Shown here: positions 17,467 to 26,540 of the stretch, one piece after another
How the letters are laid out: every line of letters starts with the position of its first letter
Numbering within the stretch: position 1 is the stretch's first letter
Source: Candidatus Spongiisociaceae bacterium
Lineage (GTDB): Bacteria; Actinomycetota; Acidimicrobiia; Spongiisociales; Spongiisociaceae
DNA: 64,000 nt
Assembly (NCBI GenBank): GCA_965219685.1
Contig: CBDCOH010000002.1
Coordinates: 3,557,064-3,621,063, forward strand
Reading direction: 5' to 3'
Program-made: the position numbers and the translations under genes
Notes under the pieces: generated by a model
The model's database searches: none
The model's input: only the letters and a program-made list of their open reading frames with translations
What the model was told of the DNA's origin: nothing

Positions 17467-19560
17467 TCAGGCCGCGTTGACGCTGATGGTGTGGTAGCCG
17501 GTTGCTCCGTCGGGTCGGGGCGGTTGGACCCTGGCGGTCTGGGTGGAACCGGTGCCGTCGGCTGCTCTGACCGCGATCGTGTGGGGACCGGGGGTGAAGT
17601 CGTGTTCCAGGTACCACTGGCGCCAGGTATCTATGGACAGTTCCTGGGGAAGGGTCGCGTTCGTCCATGGGCCGTCATCGACCTGGACCTGTACCCTGAT
17701 GATTCCCCGGTTCTGGGCCCACGCGACTCCGGCGATGACGTTGGGGCCGGCTTTGATCTTTCCCTCCCTGGGGGTGTCGATCCGTGACTGGGTCTTGATG
17801 GGCGCCTCCTTGGCCCATCCTCTCGGGATCCAGTAGGCGTCGAAGTCGTTCCATCCGGTGAACTCCACCTCGGTCAGCCACTTGGTGGCCGACACGTATC
17901 CGTACAGGCCGGAGACGACCAGGCGGGCCGGGAACCCGTGTCGGAGCGGGAGCGGCTCACCGTTCATTCCTACCGCCACCAGGGCCTCGCGCCCGTCGAA
18001 CACCGCGCTGGTGGGGAAGCCCACCGTGAACCTGTCGACCGACCGGCCAACCAACTGGGTGCCTCCCCGCCGGACACCGGCCCGCTCGACGAGCTTCCAG
18101 AGTGGAACGCCCAGCCACTTGGCGTTGCCGACCAGATTCCCGCCCACCTGGTTCGACACGCAGGCGAGCGTGATGTAGCGCTCCACCAGCGGCATGGCGA
18201 TCAACTCGTCGTAGGTGATGCTGAAGGGGGTGTCCACCTGGCCGGTGAAGGAGAGGGTCCAGGTCCGGAGGTCGACAGTGGGAGTGCCGATGGCGGTGTC
18301 GACCACGTAGAACTCGTGGTTGGGCGTGATCAGGTCCGAGACGCCGTCGACGGGTGCGATCTGGGCACGGGTCGGAGCCGCCACGCCGGAAACGGCCGGC
18401 TCGGTTGTGGTGGTCGTCTGGACTGGCTGGGTGGTTGTGGTGGTCGTCTGGACTGGCTGGGTGGTCGTGGTGGTCGTCTCGACTGGCTGGGTGGTTGTGG
18501 TGGTCGTCTGGGCCGGCTGGGTGGTTGTGGTGGTGGTCTGGACTGGCTGGGTGGTTGTGGTCTCGACCGGCTGTGCTGTGGTGGTGGCCCCCTGCGTCGT
18601 CTCGGTGGTTGCGGGCTGGGTGGTTGTGGTTTCGACCGGCTGTGCTGTGGTGGTGGCCCCCTGCGTCGTTTCGGTGGTTGCGGGCTGTGTGGTGGTGGCG
18701 TCGGACGGCTGGGTCGTTCCGGCGGTCTCGGCGGCGGCAGGGACGGTCTCGTTCGTGGCGGGTGCCTCCGGCGCCTGGGTGATCTCGGCGGCGGCGGCGG
18801 TGGAGGGCGCCTCGGCCGCCTGAACGGTGTCGGCGGAGGCCGATGTGGGTTCGGTGGCAGCCATCGTGTCGGCGGCGGCCGTCCCCGTCGTGGTCGCGGT
18901 GTCGTCCGCCGACGGAAATGCGGTGGGGAGTGTCACCTGCTCCCGTCCGATGACGGCCGACCGTACCCGGCTTCCGAGGTAGCGGCCGAGGAGAGTCTCG
19001 CCCACCGATACGGCCACCGTCGCGGCCGACGCGGTGAGGAAGACGCGCCGTGATCCGGCGGCGACGCCTCCCTCGGGAGAAACGGAACGCTGCAACAGGA
19101 AGCGGAGTCCCAACAGCACCCCTACGCCCATGGCCGTAGCAGCCGCCGCGGCGACCAAGGGAAGAAGGGCTCCGGCCAGCGGGTCGGTCCGCCCTGCCGC
19201 ATAGCCGACCATGCCGAACACTACGAAGCCGGCCGCGGCCAGACCCGGACGGTCCCTGGCCAGGATGCCGAGAAAAGCGCCGATCACGAGGGAAACAACG
19301 ACGATCCCGATCACCAGCACCAACTTGTCATTGGTGCCGAAGGTGGCGATGGCCCAATCCACGACAGGTACCGGGCTGTTGTCGATGACCCGTTGACCGA
19401 TAGTGCGTATCAGAGACGGCGCGGACAGGAAGAGACCCGCCACCAGCTCGGAAACGGCGAGAGCGGCGCCCGCGGCGACCACACCCAGCAGAGCGAAGTC
19501 GAGCCGGGACCGCAAGGAGATGCGACGCCTGGGTTCCGGAGCCTGGTCTTCATGCTTCAT
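17467..19560 (-). CDS. Membrane-anchored sulfite-oxidase-family molybdopterin oxidoreductase with a Thr/Pro/Gln-rich repeat linker
   Basis: Start ATG at 19558-19560 (MKHEDQAPEP..). About six TM helices and a T/P/Q-rich linker follow. The catalytic part reads ITPNHEFYVVDTA..ITLACVSNQVGGNLVGNAKWLGVPL..NGEPLPLRHGFPARLVVSGLYGYVSATKWL, then an Ig-like C-terminal domain. The ORF-track extension to 20049 was discounted. Confidence 0.8.
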   Translation of the reverse strand: MKHEDQAPEPRRRISLRSRLDFALLGVVAAGAALAVSELVAGLFLSAPSLIRTIGQRVIDNSPVPVVDWAIATFGTNDKLVLVIGIVVVSLVIGAFLGILARDRPGLAAAGFVVFGMVGYAAGRTDPLAGALLPLVAAAAATAMGVGVLLGLRFLLQRSVSPEGGVAAGSRRVFLTASAATVAVSVGETLLGRYLGSRVRSAVIGREQVTLPTAFPSADDTATTTGTAAADTMAATEPTSASADTVQAAEAPSTAAAAEITQAPEAPATNETVPAAAETAGTTQPSDATTTQPATTETTQGATTTAQPVETTTTQPATTETTQGATTTAQPVETTTTQPVQTTTTTTQPAQTTTTTTQPVETTTTTTQPVQTTTTTTQPVQTTTTTEPAVSGVAAPTRAQIAPVDGVSDLITPNHEFYVVDTAIGTPTVDLRTWTLSFTGQVDTPFSITYDELIAMPLVERYITLACVSNQVGGNLVGNAKWLGVPLWKLVERAGVRRGGTQLVGRSVDRFTVGFPTSAVFDGREALVAVGMNGEPLPLRHGFPARLVVSGLYGYVSATKWLTEVEFTGWNDFDAYWIPRGWAKEAPIKTQSRIDTPREGKIKAGPNVIAGVAWAQNRGIIRVQVQVDDGPWTNATLPQELSIDTWRQWYLEHDFTPGPHTIAVRAADGTGSTQTARVQPPRPDGATGYHTISVNAA
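18400..18720 (-). repeat. Imperfect ~30-bp tandem repeats encoding TTTTTQP(V/A)(Q/E)T units
   Basis: The plus strand reads ggttgtggtggtcgtctggactggctgggt reiterated, plus two ~66-bp units encoding TTQPATTETTQGATTTAQPVET. Confidence 0.75.
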
Positions 19561-19582
19561 CCATCCAAGAGTAGAGGGATCT

Positions 19583-19618
19583 GGTGGATTGTGGATGGTG
19601 GAATTAGTGGCTTGTGGC
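19583..19618 (+). repeat. Degenerate heptamer patch (GGTGGAT/TGTGGAT/GGCTTGT) in the 5' leader of the Mo-oxidoreductase gene
   Basis: ggtggattgtggatggtggaattagtggcttgtggc lies 23 nt upstream of the minus-strand start. It is C-rich on that gene's sense strand. Confidence 0.6.
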
Positions 19619-20031
19619 GAGCCCCGAGTCTTCATCGATCGGGGTTTGTAGGGGTTGACGGAGCGGGAGTTCTGGAATCCTGACCTGGCATTACGGCTAC
19701 CGATAGCCTTGTCCTGGAGACGGTGCGAGTTCACCCGCCGCGTGAAGGCGGCCTCTACGGAGTCCATAGGGTTCAACTGGCCTGATGTACATCGGTGTGC
19801 CGGGGACATGAAGATGCTTCTATGACGCTCCCATATTGTGGAAGTCGGTTGTCGGTATCTATCCACTATTGAGATCGGGTGGAGAGATGATGTTTGTGGC
19901 CCGGCGCGCTCGAGTGCTGGGATAAGGCTGTGTTGTGTCCGGAGGCTCCGGCGGCCCGCATGGTGGTGACGCCTGCACCACCCACGATGCACCGCCAGAG
20001 GCCCCGGATCCCGATCCGATCCCAGGTCGCC

Positions 20032-20064
20032 CCACCAGCCACAAACCACAAGTCACAAGCCACC
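20032..20064 (+). repeat. CCACAAG-type heptamer patch in the 5' leader of paralog 5
   Basis: ccaccagccacaaaccacaagtcacaagccacc ends 7 nt before ATG 20071. Confidence 0.6.
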
Positions 20065-20070
20065 GTTACT

Positions 20071-22173
20071 ATGTCTCCAGGCAAGCAGACGGAGGTAGTG
20101 CGGGTGTTGCAGGAGGCTAAAGGCCGTTGGCGGTGGATCGGGCCGATCCTCCTAGCGGTGGTCGGTTCCCTTCTGGCTGTTCCAGCGGTTCCCGTAGCCG
20201 CGCGGTCCGGGCATGCGGACCATCCCGCCCGGTATTCGGCCTGCGTGGGGGCCGCGACCAAGCCGTTCGGGTTCGATGACACGGAAGGCAACTTTGCAGC
20301 GGCGGCCATAGATTGCCTGGCGCACTACCGGATCACCAAGGGGACCTCGGCGACCTCATACAGCCCCGGCGAGGTGATACCACGGTGGCAGATGGCTCTC
20401 TTCCTCGCTCGGGCGACCGGCCCGACCGGCATCACGCTACCGCCTCCCGTCGCGCGGGGATACACCGACATCGCCCGGTTGAGTCCCGCTGCCCGCGATG
20501 CCATCCACCAGCTGGCGCAGTTGGGGATCATGCTCGGCACGTCCGCCACAACCTTCGACCCGTACGCGCCGGTGACCCGCGTGCAGATGGCGGTGCTGCT
20601 TGCCCGGTTCCTGGACGCCGCCCCTACGGGTCCGGGAGGAACGGACATCAAGGACGTGGAACCCGACGACAATGTCTTCCGTGATCTCAGCGGGGTGCCG
20701 TTCAGCACGTACCAGGCGATCCGCCGTCTCTACGAACTGGACGTCACCGAGGGCACATCGGCCAGCACCTTCTCGCCTGCCGCGCCGGTGAGCCGGGCCC
20801 AGATGGCCGCTTTCATCACCCGGATGCTGGCCCACACCAACGCCCGCCCGTCCGGCGTGTCCGTGCAGACTCCCGAGGAAGATGTATTCGCGAACTCTGA
20901 CGCCCTCGTGCTGGTCTCGGTGCGTGACCCCAATCACCAGCCGTTCTTCGAAGCGAGCGTGGACATCTTCATGGCCGCCGATCCCACCAAGGCCTTCGAC
21001 AAGGACGGCCGCTGCACGGAGAAAGCCCTGGCTGCGGCGGGTGCGCTGGCGTGTGTCATGGACAACTCCGACCCGGAGACCGATGCCGCGGGCAACGCGT
21101 CGGTCCCGGTGGAGGTCGGCGATGACGACTCCCTGCGTATATGGGCGTGGAGAGGGGAAGACGGCGCGGCTTTCGACGAGAATACCTCCGAGGCGGCGAC
21201 CGTCGACATCGAGCTTCTCAGCGACGCCACCGCCTTGGAGGTCACCGACGACCTCGCACCCACCGCCCGCAAACTCCGCTTCGGCGGCTCAGTGACGTTC
21301 ACGTTCCAGTTGATCGACAGGGACGGCGACCCGGTGTCGAAGCCGGGCGTCAGCTTCAGCATCAACGTGGCGGAGTCGAGGGACAACGGCCGCACCTTCG
21401 ACCGGAGCGTCATCACCAAGGAGACCGGTGTCGACGGCGCCGCCCAGGTGACCTTCCTCCACTCGGACCCCACCGCCCAGCCGGGTGACGTGGCCAGCCT
21501 CGACCTCGATGTCAGGATCGGCAACAACCTGGGCGTCGTGGACGCCACCACCATCGGGATGGTGGACGACGACGGCACCAACGACGATCCCCTGCTCGAC
21601 TGGGTCGACGAACGCGCCGAGCCCACTTCGCTCGTGCTGACGGTGCCCAGGGAATACCGGGTCGCCTCCTCGGAGGACACCGGCGCGGGCGGCGCCGTGA
21701 GGGCTACCCTCACCGACCAGTTCGGCGGACCGGTGGTTCGCGAGCAGATCTCCTTCAGGTCGAGCGATCCCATGGGGGTTCCCAGCGGGGTGCGGCGCGC
21801 CACCAACTCGAGCGGCGTGGCCACCCTCCACTACCTGCGGGACTCCGCGGCGGGCGGCGTCGAGAGGATCACCGGCCAGTACGAGCGGGTGGTGGCCACC
21901 GTCCGCCAGTTCTGGGCGGGCCGGGTGACCGGCGCCGCCACCGGCTCCGGTGAGGTGAGGGTCGTGAACACGGACGACAACACGGTGATCGTGGTGGCGG
22001 GCCGCGACGTCCGGCTGGTCGCGTACGACGCCAACGACCACCTCTACATCGGCACGGAGACGGTTCACATAGACGGATTCGAGGAAGCCCTGAGCGTCGG
22101 CGACACCCTCGCCTACGAGATCAGCAGCACGGCCGAGAACGCGATCAACACCTTCACGCTCACCGACAGTTGA
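20071..22173 (+). CDS. Secreted SLH-domain surface protein, paralog 5 (start set at ATG 20071)
   Basis: It begins MSPGKQTEVVRVLQEAKGRWRWIGPILLAVVGSLLAVPAVPVAA. It has three SLH-like modules, AHTNARPSGVS and VRATLTDQFGGPVVRE. Confidence 0.8.
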   Translation: MSPGKQTEVVRVLQEAKGRWRWIGPILLAVVGSLLAVPAVPVAARSGHADHPARYSACVGAATKPFGFDDTEGNFAAAAIDCLAHYRITKGTSATSYSPGEVIPRWQMALFLARATGPTGITLPPPVARGYTDIARLSPAARDAIHQLAQLGIMLGTSATTFDPYAPVTRVQMAVLLARFLDAAPTGPGGTDIKDVEPDDNVFRDLSGVPFSTYQAIRRLYELDVTEGTSASTFSPAAPVSRAQMAAFITRMLAHTNARPSGVSVQTPEEDVFANSDALVLVSVRDPNHQPFFEASVDIFMAADPTKAFDKDGRCTEKALAAAGALACVMDNSDPETDAAGNASVPVEVGDDDSLRIWAWRGEDGAAFDENTSEAATVDIELLSDATALEVTDDLAPTARKLRFGGSVTFTFQLIDRDGDPVSKPGVSFSINVAESRDNGRTFDRSVITKETGVDGAAQVTFLHSDPTAQPGDVASLDLDVRIGNNLGVVDATTIGMVDDDGTNDDPLLDWVDERAEPTSLVLTVPREYRVASSEDTGAGGAVRATLTDQFGGPVVREQISFRSSDPMGVPSGVRRATNSSGVATLHYLRDSAAGGVERITGQYERVVATVRQFWAGRVTGAATGSGEVRVVNTDDNTVIVVAGRDVRLVAYDANDHLYIGTETVHIDGFEEALSVGDTLAYEISSTAENAINTFTLTDS

Positions 22174-22459
22174 GTTCCTCGGCAAAGGGGTGGACAGTGG
22201 TCGGTGGTCGGCTCCCCAGGTACGAGCACGGTCGGCGCCGGGTCGTGACCCGCAGGGCGTACCCCACGCGCTCAGCGGCCATCGTCGGAGGCGCCGCCCG
22301 ATCGGATAACGGAGAGGGCCGGCTCTCGCAGCCCGAGTGAAGGAACTCACCCGAACCGGTGTTCCGGCTGATCCGGATAGATCGGGTTAGGACGACCTTT
22401 CCACTAGCCTTCACCGGTGGGACCGCCATGATCCGAGGGACCGGACATCCCGGCGGGGA

Positions 22460-24598
22460 TTGGCTCGAAGAAACCGCAAGAGGCCGGCACATGACAGGCA
22501 CATGACAGTTTTCTCGAATCGTACGGGTGCGATCCTGGCGACGACCATGGTCGCTTCCCTGCTCGTGCTGGCACCCGGACCGCTGAAGGCGGTCGACGGC
22601 AGGTCCGACAACGTGGCGGCCTACTCCGCCTGCGTGGGTCCTGCAACTGTATCGGCGGATTTCGCCGATACAGTTGATCACTTCGCCGAGAAGGCCATCG
22701 ACTGCCTCGCGTACTACGGGATAACGCTGGGCACCGCCGCGGGCCAGTTCTCCCCCGACCAGTTCATCACCCGCGCGCAGATGGCCCTATTCCTCGTCCG
22801 GGCGGCCGGTCCGGCGGGGGTGAGCCTGCCCACGCCGGCGAGCCGGGGGTTCTTGGACATCTTGGGCGAGGCGCAATTCGTCCGGGATGCGATCAACCAG
22901 ATCGCGGCGCTCGGAATCACGGCGGGCACGTCAGCCACCACATTCCACCCTGACGTCCACATGGACCGCCGGACGATGGCCCTCTTCCTCTACCGGTTCC
23001 TCCTGCTGACCCAGCAGGGACCGGGCGGGACCGGCGCGGCCCTGGTGACGCCCGACGACACATTGTTCGAAGATTTGGGCAACGAGGACGATGCGGTTGT
23101 CAACGCAGTCGGCGTGCTCTACGAGATGGGCGTGACCCACGGCAAGACGGCTACGACCTTCGCTCCTTCCGACCTGGTGACTCGGGCGCAGATGGCGCTG
23201 TTCATGACCCGGGCCCTGGCGCACTCCAACACCCGGCCGGCCCGCGTGACCATCCAGAGCCGGGCCGACGTCGTTCCCAGCGGGGACACACTCGAGGTGA
23301 GTATCTCCGTCAGGGACACCAGGTTCCGCCCGAGGTCAGGGTCGCTGGTCGACGTGTTCTCCACCCCTTCCCGAGACCCGTACGCCTCGTTCGGTCAGGA
23401 CGGGGACTGCCTCCGAAGGGTGGAGGTGGCCTTCGGAAGCCGAGTCTGCGTGATCGATCAATCGGACCGGCGCCTGGACCAGATGGGCAACCTGGTAGTC
23501 GTCCTCGAACCCACCGACAACCTGCTGCTATGGGCATGGACGGGTTCTTCGGGCGAGGAGTTCCGCACCAACGCCACCGAGTACGGTTCCATCCGGATCG
23601 AGGTGCTCAAGCCTGCCACGGCGGTGAGGGTCCGTGACGACATGAAACCTGCGGCCGCCATCCTGAAGTTGGGCGAAACCGTGGAGATGACGTTCGAACT
23701 GGTCGACGAAGACGGTCGCCCGGTCGCCGAGTCCGGGGTACGGATCCAGCTGGCCACGACCTACGAGACGAACGGCGTGATCGGCCGGACCAACATCAGG
23801 ACGCACCGGACCGACGGGGATGGGCGGGTGGTGGTTCCGCTCTCGGCGGCGGACCCCGACCTCACATCCGGTGGCGACTCGGTGAAGGTCGACATCGATG
23901 TGCTGGTGCAGGCGCTCGAGGTGGTGGATCGGAGCAGCCTGCGGGTGGTGGAGAACGATGACGACGACAGCACCGACACCCTGATCACCTGGTCCGAGGC
24001 GGCCCCGGTGGCCTGGACCCTCCGGTTGCGCCAAGCCTCCACGTACAACCAGCTGGACGATTCCATCCTCGGTCCGGTGAACGTGGTCCGGGCGACGCTC
24101 AGGGACCAGTACGGCGATCCGGTGGAGGCCGCCATGATCCAGTTCTCCTCGGATCAGCCCTTGGGCCTTGGTACGACCGGTGTGACCAGGACCGCAGGGG
24201 TCGACGGGGTGGCCACCCTGCGGTATATGTGGAACGGTTCCGGGTCGGCGTCCGAACTCATCTCCGCCGAGGCCACAGGCTTGGACGTCGAGGCTGTGTC
24301 CGTTCACCACTACTGGGCGGTTCTCCAGGCGGGAGGCAGGTCCGCCCTGGCGGTCCCCATCCTGGCGAGCGACATCTACAGGAACGTCATCCTCCACGAC
24401 GCCAGGTCGCCGCGGCTGCTCCGTTACGACGCCAACGACCGTTTCTCGATCCGGGACACCGTCGTCAGCATGACCGCCTTCGAGGAGGCCCTTACCAGCG
24501 GCGACTACAGCCGGATCACCTACACCAAGTACTTCGACGAGCCCGAAGATGTCAGCTTCTTCGACCTCACCAACACCAGGATTTTCGACGACGCCTAG
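22460..24598 (+). CDS. Secreted SLH-domain surface protein, paralog 6 (start TTG 22460 or ATG 22502)
   Basis: Signal peptide GAILATTMVASLLVLAPGPLKA. It has three SLH-like modules, AHSNTRPARVT and VRATLRDQYGDPVEAA. Confidence 0.8.
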   Translation: MARRNRKRPAHDRHMTVFSNRTGAILATTMVASLLVLAPGPLKAVDGRSDNVAAYSACVGPATVSADFADTVDHFAEKAIDCLAYYGITLGTAAGQFSPDQFITRAQMALFLVRAAGPAGVSLPTPASRGFLDILGEAQFVRDAINQIAALGITAGTSATTFHPDVHMDRRTMALFLYRFLLLTQQGPGGTGAALVTPDDTLFEDLGNEDDAVVNAVGVLYEMGVTHGKTATTFAPSDLVTRAQMALFMTRALAHSNTRPARVTIQSRADVVPSGDTLEVSISVRDTRFRPRSGSLVDVFSTPSRDPYASFGQDGDCLRRVEVAFGSRVCVIDQSDRRLDQMGNLVVVLEPTDNLLLWAWTGSSGEEFRTNATEYGSIRIEVLKPATAVRVRDDMKPAAAILKLGETVEMTFELVDEDGRPVAESGVRIQLATTYETNGVIGRTNIRTHRTDGDGRVVVPLSAADPDLTSGGDSVKVDIDVLVQALEVVDRSSLRVVENDDDDSTDTLITWSEAAPVAWTLRLRQASTYNQLDDSILGPVNVVRATLRDQYGDPVEAAMIQFSSDQPLGLGTTGVTRTAGVDGVATLRYMWNGSGSASELISAEATGLDVEAVSVHHYWAVLQAGGRSALAVPILASDIYRNVILHDARSPRLLRYDANDRFSIRDTVVSMTAFEEALTSGDYSRITYTKYFDEPEDVSFFDLTNTRIFDDA

Positions 24599-24956
24599 CC
24601 CCAGCGGCAACGGCGGCATCGACTCGAGCGAGGCGAGCCGTCGGCGGACCGGTGGCCGGTGCCCGGCCGTTCGCCTGCCCCTGACCCCCCGAAATCGCAC
24701 CGAACCGCCGGGTTTGCCGTATGAAAATGATTATCAAGGAATGTCTTGTCCGATTTGCCACCGTTCGGCGCTCTGGTCTGGTATTTTTGCGCCACCCGTA
24801 GTTCGCGCTCTTGTCTGCCGGAAAGCCCCTGAGGCCGTCCGGATCGGGCAGGAAGCCGGTTGGCGGACTGCACAGAAGATCCGGTTAAGGGGTCGGTTTG
24901 AGAAGTTCGGTACAGGCTGGTCCGCTGTCCCAGCGGCTTAGATTCACATTTCAGTT

Positions 24957-25817
24957 GTGAAAGGAGTTGACCAACTGCTCTCAGACACAATGAAGAAGCG
25001 CTACGAGCGGGAGTGGGCCCGGTGGGAGACCTGGGCTTCGTCGCACGGGTATTCGTCGCTTCCCGCCGAGACGGCCCACATCGCCGAGTACGCGATGGGC
25101 CTGCTGGCGTTGGGGGCTGCGCCCTCGGGTGTGGGGATGGTGCTGTCCTCCATCCGGTGGCGCCACCATATCGCGAACGCCGACCCTCCTCCCGACAATG
25201 AGCTAATACCGGCAACCTCGAGCGCTCCCTCCGAAGGGGAGCCCATCACCCGGGCCGACGCCGCCGCCCTGATCGAGGTCACCAGCCTGCGAAGGTCCTA
25301 CCGCGTGGGGAGGGGCGTCAGGCGGGAGCGGCAGTCGCGCACCAACAAGCGCGCCGTCATCGACTCGGTCATCATCGGGCTGGTGTGGGAGACGCTGGCC
25401 ACGGCCAGCGAGATCGCCGGCCTGGAGTGGGCCGACGTGGATCTGGCCGGACGCAGGGTGCGGTACGCGGAGCGGGACGGCTGGTCCCCGGTCTCGGAGG
25501 GGCTCGCCCACCGGCTCACGCTGCTGGCCGAGTTCCAGAACGCCACCACGAGTGTGGTGGGACTCTCGCCCGCCTCCGTCAGGCGCCGGGTACGCGAGGC
25601 TGCCGAGTACGGAGACCTCGGCTCCGGCTGGTCGCTGCGCCGGCTCCGGACCGGAGCGGTCCAGGCCATCGCCGAGCGCGGGGCGTCGATGGCGGATGTC
25701 ACCCGAGCCGGCCTGTCGCTGCCCGGCACGGCCGGACAGGCCGAGAGCGAGGCCATCGGAGTTGGTGAAGGCCTCGCCGCCCACCTGCAGGACTCGCCGG
25801 TACCGAAACCCGACTGA
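24957..25817 (+). CDS. Tyrosine-recombinase (phage-integrase)-like protein with non-canonical catalytic positions
   Basis: The N-terminal part is SAM-like (YEREWARWETWASSHGYSSLPAETAHIAEYAMGL...SSIRWRH). The core-like segment is LVWETLATASEIAGLEWADVDLAGRRV and later WSLRRLRTGAVQAIAERGASMADVTRAGL. The expected Arg of ..G.R.sE.. and a C-terminal nucleophile Tyr are not evident by eye. The start is uncertain. Confidence 0.45.
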   Translation: MKGVDQLLSDTMKKRYEREWARWETWASSHGYSSLPAETAHIAEYAMGLLALGAAPSGVGMVLSSIRWRHHIANADPPPDNELIPATSSAPSEGEPITRADAAALIEVTSLRRSYRVGRGVRRERQSRTNKRAVIDSVIIGLVWETLATASEIAGLEWADVDLAGRRVRYAERDGWSPVSEGLAHRLTLLAEFQNATTSVVGLSPASVRRRVREAAEYGDLGSGWSLRRLRTGAVQAIAERGASMADVTRAGLSLPGTAGQAESEAIGVGEGLAAHLQDSPVPKPD

Positions 25818-25939
25818 TCGGTCACCGACCGGGCGGATCCCGTTCGGTGCGGGGACTCCCGGAGATTCGGAGCAGGCGATCGGGTCTGCACGATCGACAC
25901 GTCCGACCTGCGTCTCGACGGGTCCTTTACGGCGACACC

Positions 25940-26160
25940 ATGCGCAACGTCATCCTGCACGACGAAGTGGCCCCGTTGCTGCTGCGCTAGGACGCCAACG
26001 ACCGCTTCTCGATCCGGGACGCCGTCGTGACCATGGACGTCTTCGAGGAGGCACTGGCGTCCGGGAGCTACGGGCGGGTCAGCTACAGCCGGTACTCCTC
26101 GGACCCGCCGAGGTCAGTAACTTCGACCTCACCAACACCAGGATCTTCGACACCGCCTAG
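25940..26160 (+). pseudogene. Decayed 3'-end copy of a paralog-6-like gene (in-frame TAG plus frameshift)
   Basis: RNVILHDEVAPLLLR*DANDRFSIRDAVVTMDVFEEALASGSYGRVSYSRYSSDP(fs)..NFDLTNTRIFDTA* is collinear with 24372-24598 (YRNVILHDARSPRLLRYDANDRFSIRDTVVSMTAFEEALTSGDYSRITYTKYFDEPEDVSFFDLTNTRIFDDA*). TAG at 25987-25989 replaces TAC. Confidence 0.8.
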
Positions 26161-26540
26161 ATGGGTTAGGTCTTAGGTAGTGAGCGGTGGTTAGCGTTAG
26201 ATCGGATAAGTTGCTGGTCTCGGTGTGTGCTGTCCGAGCTTCCACCCCCGCTAAGCGGGACCTTCACGAAAGAGAAGTATGGGAGACCCGTGGCGAGAGA
26301 CACTGATGCAAACGAGTGGCGGCTGCGTTGTGCATCGATAGTTCAGTGCGATCCTCCAGATCGGATGGCTTGGAACTCCTGATCAAACCGGCCGCATTCG
26401 CTTTCGAACAGCCGATCATGGATCGCCGGATCCGGATCTCCGGCCCGCCCGCACCGCCGGTGGTCACCCCCGCCTGACAAGGAGAACCGCCAGATCCGGT
26501 TCGTAGACAATGCAGTCGTGATGCGGCATGCTGCATGACG

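Noticed and set aside
19561-19870. A possible Moco riboswitch in the ~300-nt leader of the molybdoenzyme gene
   Set aside because: I could not recognise the conserved Moco-motif elements by eye. This needs a covariance-model scan, so it is not reported as a feature.
17467-20049. The 860-aa version of the Mo-oxidoreductase ORF, and the 19894 start of paralog 5
   Set aside because: The upstream extensions cross the divergent intergenic region and heptamer patches, and they lack signal, TM or domain content. Internal ATGs at 19560 and 20071 give sensible N-termini.
24372-26160. A shufflon-like inversion system swapping C-terminal cassettes of paralog 6
   Set aside because: The alternative 3' segment is in direct, not inverted, orientation. 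It is already inactivated (TAG plus frameshift), and the recombinase-like protein looks catalytically degenerate. Integration or deletion history is more plausible than active inversion.
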